Assembly (NCBI GenBank): GCA_049999805.1 | Contig: JBNGIO010003086.1 | Coordinates: forward strand, 1 to 46,714 | Length of the DNA stretch: 46,714 nt | Direction of reading: 5' to 3' | Origin: Folioceros fuciformis | Lineage: Eukaryota | Part shown: one piece after another, positions 34,131 to 43,693 of the stretch | Layout of the letters: each line of letters starts with the position of its first letter | Numbering within the stretch: position 1 is the stretch's first letter | Position numbers and translations under genes: made by a program | Notes under the pieces: model-generated | Database searches by the model: none | What the model was told of the DNA's origin: nothing | What the model saw: only the letters and a program-made list of their open reading frames with translations

Positions 34131-36170
34131 TTAGCACTTGGGCATGAAGGGAGGTGGACCTGGGAGAGTTTCCTCGGGTCCCTTTCCATCCTTGACGATG
34201 AATCCCATAGCCATACCCCACGAGGTGTGGATCTCGAGATGGCAATGCAAGAACCAGACACCTGATACACACACGACACACAGATGAGAACAAATGCTAA
34301 GGTGCCTAGGCTCGGGCGAATTTATCACACTGTCAAATGCTGTATACACAAATTACCTGGATTGTCAGCTTTGAAACGAATGGCACTCCATCCACCAGCA
34401 GGCACGGCGGCTGTGTTACGAAGAGGTGGATCCTTGAGGTTGAAGTCCTTGGAGTGCACTTTCTCATCAAAGGTTCCGAATCCAGAGCCCACAATAAAGA
34501 AGCTGAAGCCGTGAAGATGGAAGGGGTGGCTCGAGAAGAAGAGGGAGTTGGAATTTTGGAAAACCAGTTGCACGTTTGCTCCGAACTTGAGAACATTCAG
34601 TCTCGTCCCATTCTCACCCAGAAGGCTGGCCGGCTTCACCGGTCCAGTGAAATTGTACACGTTCTTGGGGGTATCTGGAAAGTCGGTGGCGAACACCTTT
34701 TTCTCCCTGAGGTAGTAAGCCTGTAGCACAGCCATCCAGTTAGAGATGCACTGCATCTGAAGGTGGGAGTCAAGTTTGGGACAGAGGACAAAGGGAAAAC
34801 ACTCGCCTCCAGAAGAGATCTGGTTGGGGCAACAAAAGTGATGTTGTTGATGCTGGTTCTGATCCTGAAATCTCCGCCTGGTGTAACTCTACCGCATCCT
34901 TCCCCAGGTTTGCACGCCTCAAGATTATAGCCGACGGTGAATATCTGGTGTTCGTCCAACTTCTTGGGCACCGAGATAGGGAACTGCTTGTTGGCCAGAG
35001 ACCTGATCCTGTCATCGAAATCGAAAGCGAACTGACTGTCGTTGAAGGCAGGAAACGTGGGCAACGCAGACCTCTTCTGCTTGCCATGCTTGGGCTTGGG
35101 CTTCACGTACTCCAAGATGGCGGTGGCAGGCGTAGTAGGGAAAGGGACGGAACTGATCGGGGCAGAAGACCACACGCTGGTGGCGATGTAATACTCCCCT
35201 CCCCGTTTCTGCGTCAAAAATAAAGCTGATGAAGACAAGCGTCTCTTCGGCGTCAGGCTTGGGGAAAGGGTACGGGACGCCCTTCTTGGGATAAACGATG
35301 AAGGCGCCGTAGAGCGTGGCTCTGAGCCAGGTGATGTGAGCATGATACCTGCGATTCGTACGGAGGATAGGAATTGAGCACTGCTTCAGAGCGAGTCCGG
35401 CTACGCAGCAACCAAAGTTCGGTCGTGAAGCCGAGGGAGTCGAGATAGCGCGGTTGACACAAACTCACCACACGGTTCCCCGCTGGCTGTGATCCACCGT
35501 GAATCGGTAGGTGAAGGATTCACCGGGCTGGATGGGGCACATTGTCACATACGCGGGTCCGTCCTGCCAGTTCTGAAGCACCATCTTTAGGCCGTGCCTG
35601 CAGACACAATACAATGTCATCGCCGTTATTTGGCATGGGCGATTGATGTGCGCGACAAGAATTTTGTTCTCATCTCATCTCCAAAAAGTCTGGAAGGGAG
35701 GATTCCGATATGCAGGATTCTGCAGGGTATACCAGTGGAGTGTGACATTGTGCTCTACGCGATTGGTGACCTTTATGACCACGGTGTCATCTTCTCGGAT
35801 GTGGACAGTAGGTCCTGGTAACTCATTGTTGATGGTAACGATCGTCTTGGACTCGCAGAGTCTTGTGACATCGGTATTCACGATCTGCAACCCACACAAA
35901 CCAATTTCCAATTAGAGCCCAAAAGACTGCAATGTGTGAATGCATACGCCCGGCACCCGATCGCAATCCCCATACCGATCCCGATCCCGGGCGCGTCGCC
36001 AGGCCCATGGTTCATGTAAGCACCTTCCAATCGTAGTAATGCGTGATGGGCTCGCTGCCCTTTCGTCCCTTATCTAGATCATAAGGCTTTTCGTTCTAGT
36101 ACGTGATGTTGGCCGCCACGCTGGTGGACAGGAACACCAGGGCCAGCAGAAGAGCGGCCACCTGGGCCAT
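34131..36170 (-). pseudogene. LAC: Laccase paralog with a premature stop and an internal deletion/frameshift
   Basis: ATG at 36170. In-frame TAG at 36098-36096 (NITY*NEKPYDLDKGRKG vs [17 protein letters not shown] in the intact copy). After [11 protein letters not shown] the sequence jumps near 35213-35230 to [12 protein letters not shown] in another frame, losing GEWWN...LNVLVK. Copper motifs are otherwise retained; ends PPPFMPKC*. Confidence 0.88.
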
Positions 36171-36353
36171 TGAGGTGGTTGCTTCGTGGTTGTTTCCACT
36201 ACATTGTCTCCTCTTGTTGCCTGAAAACAACGGTCATGATCTAACCACTAGTGTTTGCAAGTCAAGTGTCATGCCTTAGGGTAAGGCCAATGCTAGTAAA
36301 GTGGAGACCCCTGTGGTTGCACACATGCCACATCAAGACACTTGTTACAAAAA

Positions 36354-36597
36354 CTATGATAGACTAGGGAAGCACTTGTTGCCTCTGCCAAATCAGCATG
36401 TTGAGTAGTAATATAGCATGCAGCCTCTACGACAATCTTTGCGCCTCTTCTACACTAATCTCATCCACGAGCAAGCTATGATAGACTAGGGAAGTACTTG
36501 TCACCTCTACCAAATCAGCATGTTGAACAGCTATGTTGCATGCGGACTCTATGTCAATCTTCATGCCTCTTCTAAACTAATCATGTCCATGAGTAAG
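36354..36597 (+). repeat. 122-bp diverged tandem duplication (2 copies)
   Basis: ctatgatagactagggaag starts at 36354 and 36476, with continued similarity across the unit. Confidence 0.85.
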
Positions 36598-36599
36598 CA

Positions 36600-37600
36600 T
36601 TTTTGGTAATGGTGCCTAGGGAGCTTTGGTTTTTGGTCACCGAACAAGGGGCAGACCATGACAAGCAACACCAAATCAAGAACACCATTGAAGAAGGAGG
36701 TTTCCTTACTCATAATTATCTTAGCAGTTACTTGGCCAAAGAATGAATAGACAAATTGTCTATTCGCACTTCCAATGCCCACATGAAACCTACTTTAAAA
36801 CACGCTTACATACCTTGTTTCTTCTTATCAGACTCGGCTCTTATGTTCCTTTTCAGGTAGTCACAAGTTGTGCATAGCGAAAGCCTATTGGTCTTCAGAA
36901 TTCGCACTTTGTGGAAATGTGAAGCCCTCAATTGACAGAAATAAGAGTAACACACACTGTACTGTTCCGCTCATTGCATTTGCCCCTTGTACTCCAAAAA
37001 CATTTCCTCTTTTGTGTACGAGTCTAGAAGATGATACACTTCAATGTTCGGCATGTGTTCTACTAGTAGCAAAAATAATTGATCTGTCTCAACACATGTG
37101 GCCATAGCGTGGTCTTGGGTGCGCTTCTCTGCACAGATAGAGCCCACCCACACAATGTTATCCAAAGCTCTTTCTTTCGCCGCCTCGTGCCTATTCGCAC
37201 CGATACAAAAAGCTCATCTAAAGGCGTCCGAACAACAGCATATCTTTGCAGATCCAATCAAAAAAGTCTCCGCTGTAGAGCGTCCATCTGTAGCACGATT
37301 GACATCGAACAAGGTGTGCAAAAACATTTCTTACTCTGTCCTGCACATGTTAGAAACCAGTACCTCAAATCCCGAAAGCCTGGTTTACCTAAGGATCTAA
37401 GACACTACTTACCACAACATATCCTACAGTAATCTGTAGAAATACGGATCTCAGAGCACTTTGCGTCAGGTACAGTTGAGATTTTTTTCTTTCGACTGCG
37501 TCGATGATCTCCAGGAGCTTTAATCAGAGATTTGGATGATGGTTTTAGATTGTATGCTCTTTGCACCGTTGTGCCAATCATCCTGCCAGCTTCTTCGGAC
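36600..37600 (-). pseudogene. Cys-rich DDE-transposase-like relic (resembles Sola-type/DUF7869-associated proteins, from memory), truncated before most of the catalytic domain
   Basis: Minus strand reads ICCGK*CLRSLG...LRYWF, EHMPNIEVYHLLDSYTKEEMFLEYK..*..CYSYFCQLRASHFHKVRILKTNRLSLCTTCDYL, and later DQKPKLPRHHYQK. This follows the MP..HLP...TK..VY / F..LW...FP.V.IPK..RFS.C..C / DGMDQ.K..LP pattern of such transposases. Confidence 0.55.
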
Positions 37601-38209
37601 AACGCATCCGCTCCTTCACCTTTGGCATGGAATCACTCCCCACTTGATGTTCCTGGTACCCAACTTCCACTCGCATGTACTTCCACATCTAGATTAACAA
37701 CGTTAGTGTGCAAGATTGTGCCCTCCGCATTCCGCTTGATAGGTGTTGTTTTCCGGATCGCTGGCCTGAAAGGAGATTGTAAGCGCAATGGGCTTGTTGA
37801 AGTATGGATGTCGTCGAGAAGACTAAGGCGAATAGGCGAAGCTTGGAAGTCGATGTCGGTACCTTCTGAATCATCGACTACAAAGCATCATGACGCGAAC
37901 AGAAAACTCTAACATAGACTTCCAACTAGAACACACGAATGCCCTTCGCAAACCGAATTCCTCGCCTACCCTAAGAGTTGAACTCCACTGTTGTCATCGC
38001 CACCATCTCATGTGAGGAAGAAGCCTACCAATCCATGCCAATGTCTCAAGGATTGCTCGCAATGACCTTTCTTACAAGATGCAAGCTAATGTCACTCAGA
38101 GTTTGATTGAAGACAGGGTTACATTGGCATAATTAAGCCGCCACTTGAATATGAACGTTTGATCACATAACAAATAGCTGTTGTTGGTCTTAAATGGCGC
38201 CTACAATCG

Positions 38210-38330
38210 TTGTTGTGGCATAAATGCTGGAGATGTAGTTCAAACACCCTTGCTATTTCAGGAAACAGAAAGACTTCAAATCTCATTGTTCATTGCTTAA
38301 GACATCATTCTCTCCTTCTAGATCAGACCA
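38210..38330 (+). other. BED-type zinc-finger-like coding remnant
   Basis: HKCWRCSSNTLAISGNRKTSNLIVHCLRHH fits CxxC..(G)xxxTSNLxxHxxxxH. Confidence 0.5.
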
Positions 38331-39770
38331 GTTGTTTTCAAGTTCCATCGTTCACAGGCTCTCCAGCGCAATCGAAGATGGCAGTTGACCGGCGGAGCAA
38401 CAAGCAGCTGAATGCGGCCATTAACTTGCAAGCATTGGAGGCACCACCAAGGTTGAAGAAACCACGATAGGGTGCGAAAGCTTCAGCTCGCGCTGCTTCT
38501 GGCCCATTCGTGGAAAGAGATAGCCATCGGCGACCAGCGATCACAATAGGGGATGTTACACCACAGCCACCAATTATTACACTGAGAAGAGACAATTCCG
38601 CCGGGAGCGTCCGTGCCTCGAACAACAAAGCTAGTGAAGTTCATATTAACCATGTTCATGTTCATGTGACTCAAGGTGGTAGCACGGGTGGTAGCCAAAA
38701 CCGCAACATTCCAAATGCATACAACTTTGTTGAGCGTTAAAAGGTAAAAAAGCTTGAAGACACGCTTGCCAAAAGATTCAACACAGACAAAGAGTGGTTT
38801 TTAGTCATAGTAGAGGTGCCAGAAGACTGCAATTCGCCTTGGGTGTTGCTGGTGGCTATGTGGGTTAACGGTTTCCAAGGCTTGCAGGACGATGAGGCAG
38901 GGAGGCCCGGATGGATTCTGTGTGCATCTATTGACGGCGTGGAAGAGGAAACCCATGTCAATTTCATATGCAAGCGGCACCCACCAAGCCATATCACCGA
39001 TGACTAAAGCCACAGCCTCATTGTAGTCAATGTCGCGAAAGCTGTGCCACAGCGCTACGAACCGGTGTGGCTAAAAACCGCTTTAAAAGATTGCTTGGAA
39101 GTGGAAGATGTTAGTATTTATTTATTGTAATGTCGGTTTATGTTTATAAACCCAGCATTAGGTAACCCTAAAATTTCCATAACATGTTCCCTACAGGGAG
39201 GCGAACAGTTCTGTTGGACTATCTTGCATTGTGTTGCTGATTGCGTTCTGAAGAATCATGTGTTAGCATCCAGAATCGCAGGAGAGCGCCAAAGGGTTTC
39301 AATCCAAGCAGAGTTCGGCCCCATCTCATCAAGGCCAAAGGAGAGGGTTGAGAGACCGGTGGAAATGCCGCTCATGCAGCTAGAGCTTTCAGAAGATGAC
39401 ATCCCTAACCCCAGAATAGCTAAGCGGTGAGGAGGAGAAAGAGATGGGAGAGTATTCCTCCACGGAAGACAGCTTGAATGAAGCCGTAGATGCGGCACGA
39501 GGCTTAGGAGAGGAGGAAGATGGTGAAGAAGATTCACTAATAGAGATATCCCCATCTCGAAAGAAACTGAAGACGGCGCACCGGGCTACTGGCGCCCCTG
39601 TGCAACGGAAGAGGAAGGTTGCAACTACCTCTCCCTCGAAGATGCGGAAGAGAAACACAGGTTATTGTTATATACTCACCCGTTGTTCTTTCTGTTCTCT
39701 TGTGTGAAGAAACTGTTATCTTGGGATGCCACAGACGCTGACATCTTGCCTAACAATGAGAACTGTTTCA

Positions 39771-41060
39771 GTGGCAGCTACTTCACCGCAGAAGAGGAAG
39801 AACAGGATGGCAGGTCCTGTAAGTGAAGGAGCTGCTCAGCGTAAGCAGAGGCGGAAGGCCCAAGGTCCTACTTGCGAAGAGGAGCCGCCACGGACAGTGG
39901 AGACAGACGCAGAAAGAATGGAGAGAGTTGCGCAAGATGAAAATTATTTGAATGCAGTTCGCAGAAAAGCCCATGCCAAACGGATTCGATCAACAACGTT
40001 TGATCTACATGTCGACATCCTGCATCCGGCCAGTTACATTACAGCAGATGCATAGATACGGGAGGTAGATGAAGCGTGGATGAAGTGCCTGGTCAGGCAG
40101 ATGCATTCAAGGTCAGTGAAGGAAGCATTTTGCCTCTCCTTTGCATGATAGATCCCAAACAGGCTTCTAAGAAAGAAAATGTTTCACTGGACAAGATCAC
40201 AGTGCAACAGTACCAGATGGGAGTGCTTGGAGGAAACCACTGCTTCGCAGCTATTCAGAAGCTGCACTAGATGTACCTAGCTGAGGACAAGTACGAATGG
40301 ATGGAGGGGCATGTTTATGCAAGACTGACAGATGAGAAAATGCGAGTCCTCGCAGTGAATCATAATGTGTATGCAGATAAGTGAAAGAGAATGGGCTGCA
40401 TTGAGCAAGTTCGGTATATCCACGACGAGCTGGATATCTTCCATAGGAAACATGGCTTGGATGAGAAGCCCCCTGTGAAGTGGAAGTTCAATCTCTATAG
40501 GTTGCTCGGGATGACAGATGAAGCAGGTGACCCTCGAGACACTGACTGGGTGCAGAAGATGGTAGACAGGTAGACATTACCATATCGGGTGGCCAAGTGT
40601 AGTGGGATTCTATGGGAGAACGAGACATGATATCAAAATGTGGGAGAAGAGTGAGCTTCCTGCATAGATAGCAGGAGGAAGCTCTGGGACAAAGAAGCGC
40701 GCAAAAGCAAAGAGGAAACCTGGGGAAGCTGGACTCGCTTCTAGTAGTACGCCAATGGTAGACGAGTCTTCGAAGAAGGTTGCAGCAATGCAGGGCAGGC
40801 CTTGGAGGGCTTTTCAAGGAGTCTCGGCAGGTGTTAAAGGCAAAGAGATGCTTATTGCGGTGACACAAAAGGTTAACCAGGGGAAGCTGCACCTCAAGGA
40901 CATGGACACAGAGGTGGGCAAGAGGAAACGAATCCATCTCATCCAACATGCTTTCAAGATGGTTTTGAAGTGCGCAACGTTTGAGGAAGCGAAAGTGTTG
41001 TATCCCAAGCATACGGAAAATGCACATCTCCTCAGATTCCATACCGCATTCGCAAAAGTG
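39771..41060 (+). pseudogene. ParB/Sulfiredoxin N-terminal-like domain and helical region (5' part of the ParB-MTase gene)
   Basis: *IREVDEAWMKCLVRQM.. / SILPLLCMID...YQMGVLGGNHCFAAIQKLH*..YEWMEGHVYARLTDEKMRVLAVNHN resembles the ParB-N pattern (R..D...V..L; IxxGNHRxxA; LA...N). GGNH at 40229-40240; stops at 40053, 40268, 40382. Donor GTAAGC at 41061. Confidence 0.65.
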
Positions 41061-41176
41061 GTAAGCTTTCTTTCAGATCCCTTAGGTTTTTTTCAGCATG
41101 CTGGTTGAACTGCGCCATAGACGGGCGTACTCTAACTAATTTCTCTTGCACACGCTACCCAGCGCGTTCCGGAAAA

Positions 41177-41428
41177 TGGCTGGAGTGCGCCGGTAGACCA
41201 GTGCACTCCAGCCAGACATCCACTCTTCTACAATTGTTACGGTTTTCCTTACACAATGGCTGGAGTGCGCCGGTAGACCAGCGCACCCTAGCCATTTTCT
41301 CTGGAATGGGTCTTTGTTTTCCATCGTTTTCTATTAAAGTGGCTGGAGTGCGCCGGTCTCCAACCACTTTCACAAGAAGGCATATAGATTGGGGGGGTGT
41401 GCGCCGGTCTACCGGCGCACTCCAGCCA
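41177..41428. repeat. Clustered GC-rich palindromic repeats (tggctggagtgcgccggt-ag-accggcgcactccagcca consensus) in an intron
   Basis: Copies at 41177-41214, 41257-41294, 41340-41359 (half) and ~41398-41428 (inverted). Followed by tttagggtttaggg at ~41446. Confidence 0.85.
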
Positions 41429-41530
41429 CGAGAAGAGTTTTTCTCTTTAGGGTTTAGGGTCAACATAGTTCTCGATTTATGATTGTGCTTGTGGTGTGGT
41501 TGTTCTTCTGACCAAACTGTTTGTTGGCAG

Positions 41531-42706
41531 AAACCCACGGAATTCAGTGAACTTGAATCATTGCCGAAGCCTTTCCAAGATAATGTGTATTCAGCGAGAA
41601 GCATGGAAGAGGAAAAGCAGAAACTCGTTGACCCAGATATGGATGCAAGATTATTGGAGTTTAGGGTCCTAAGTAGCAACCAGAAGACTAAGTATCAAGT
41701 AATCCAGCCAAACATTTTGGAGATGAACGCATTTATGGTAAAACGACCTTATACTCTGTTATTCGTTGATTTGCCTCGCGGACTGCAACGCCATGAATTC
41801 GACAGGCAGCTAACAAGAAAAGAGCTTGAAGACATGATTAGAGGGTTTTTCAGAATGCACGAGCAGTAATGCTTATAGGATGGTCCTCATGTATGGCGTG
41901 GACCTCATTACACAAGCTAGGGAAGCACTTCAGCCATGTTGCAAGAAGGGAACCATATAGACATTAGTATGGGGGAGAAGACCAACATTCCTCCCAATGC
42001 AGGGGCAGTTGAGACTGTGGAGTATTTAAATGTTGGAAGTGCAGTTCACTCTAAAGCTCAGGCCACAAAAGCTGCATTATTCGCGAATCAGGGATTTCTT
42101 TTGCCGAGAGTTATAAGGCATGGAGCTGTGGTAAAGAAACATCTGTTCCACTCGGCAGACTCTATGGTCGTCTCGCCGTATCAAAAGCCCCTTGGGTTAA
42201 TGGGTATGTTGGTCAATATGTTTTCGGCTGAAGGAGACTGGGTAGTGGATGGGTGCGTAGGATTTGGGTCATTCCTTCAAGCTGTGATTCAAAGAGGAAG
42301 GCATGTTGTCGCGATGGACATTAATATACGATGCACGACTTATATGATGCAGAGAGTGAATGGCATATGCTCTTTGCTAGACGCTGATGAGGAGATCAGC
42401 ACAAACCACTTCTCACACGAGCCCACGAAGTTTTGGGCCAAAGAAGTCTGCGCGGCCGGTAGCGTGGATCGTTGTATGCAGGTATTCAATTTGCTGGGGA
42501 AAAAAGGGGAGATATTTTCTCAATCGAACGACAGACCAGCGGAAGATCTGTATGTGATGATGATATGGGATGAGAATGGCACACTTCCGCCTCAGACTGT
42601 GGACAACCCACATTTGTATGTCCTCGACGTGGAGGGACAACGCCTCAAAGATGTAGATATAGTTGTTGATTCCGAGGCCAACCAAGGAATTCATGTTTTG
42701 GTGTAG
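41531..42706 (+). pseudogene. Beta-class N6-adenine/N4-cytosine DNA methyltransferase-like domain (N6_N4_Mtase type), disrupted
   Basis: Motif IV-like YTLLFVDLPRG (DPPY equivalent, D at 41768) precedes SPYQKPLGLMGMLVNMFSAEGDWVVDGCVGFGSFLQAVIQRGRHVVAMD. This matches HPxQKPxxLxxxLIxxxSxxGDxVLDPFxGSGTxxxAAxxxGRxxIGxE (motifs X, I, II), i.e. beta order. In-frame stop at 41867. Confidence 0.75.
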
Positions 42707-42827
42707 AGGTGATTTGGAAAGTAGCTGAAGTTCGTGGTACATTATGCGTATATTTAAATTCGACTGATAAACCCTTCAAATTCATGGCATGTAGATAGCC
42801 AACTTCCTGTCACCCAAATATACTATT

Positions 42828-42853
42828 GAGTGCGCCGGTAGACCGGCGCACTC
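42828..42853. repeat. Further copy of the GC-rich palindrome (perfect 12-bp arms)
   Basis: gagtgcgccggt-ag-accggcgcactc, about 120 bp downstream of the MTase stop. Confidence 0.85.
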
Positions 42854-43229
42854 GAAGTACGATTTGTTTTTCCTTGAAATTTCCATAGTTCTAATAACTT
42901 ATGTACCAGTTGGTTGTGGGTTGAAAGCAAATTTGTGGAGATTGATGGTGTCCACCACAAGTCAAAACAAGTGATTTTTTTAAAATACGGCTTAAATGAA
43001 AATATGTGACTAGGATGGTGTAAATTCAAACGGGCTTCATAAAATACGACCGTTAGGCACAAAACTTGTTTTTCCAATACCACAATCAATCTACTCATGA
43101 TCCCATGTTATTTATATATATACATTCAATTTAACAACATTGTATATATTCAACGAGACTAATTCCTATTAATCTAGTTTATATACGATGCTTACTATTC
43201 ATGTATATTATGTAGTGATGTACATGGTA

Positions 43230-43693
43230 ATCACCTCTCCTATCATTGTTGTCGTTCTATATGTAGCATTAGCCCCGAACTTGGGAAGTACCAATAGCAT
43301 ATGAAATATTATGGTCTAGATGAAGGAATTGTCTACTACCATTGGAGTAGCAGACGCCATCTCTCTTGCCATTGTCGTCCTCTTGCATATGACTAGTGCT
43401 GGAGTCGCCAACGCCAACAGGAGAATATTGGAGTCGCTGACATCGACATGAGAATGTTAGAGTCGCTGACATCACCTCTCCTATTGTTGTTGTTGTTCTA
43501 TAAATCACATTAGCCAACACGCATTGTAGTGCAATAGAAATCCTATGCTGAAAGCACTACAATACACGAAATAAAAAATAATTTTATTTTTCAAATCGCC
43601 TTGGCACAAGACTTCGAAAACTTAGAAAATGCCTTGTATTTTTTAAATCGGCTTTGCACAAGACTTCAAAAACGTGGAAAATGCCTTTGCACA
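43230..43693. repeat. Cluster of short repeats: 45-bp direct pair, 10-bp inverted pair, 52-bp tandem pair
   Basis: atcacctctcctat...cattagcc at 43230 and 43471; attgtagtgc/gcactacaat at 43523 and 43554; aaatcg..gcacaagacttc.aaaac at 43593 and 43645. Confidence 0.7.

Noticed and set aside
41177-41428. Palindromic repeats with spacers as a CRISPR array
   Set aside because: Spacing is irregular, orientation is mixed, one copy is partial, they lie in a spliceosomal intron, and there are no cas genes.
39771-42706. Bacterial contamination as the source of the ParB-MTase
   Set aside because: It has GT-AG introns and a plant telomere-type motif, is decayed like a TE, and is contiguous with a plant laccase and a copia element. 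Long reads should still confirm contiguity.
36198-43531. CACTA TIR pair (CACTACATTG at 36198 and CATTGTAGTG ending at 43531)
   Set aside because: The match is only 9/10 bp, does not extend, and the flanking 3-mers (ttc, caa) give no TSD.
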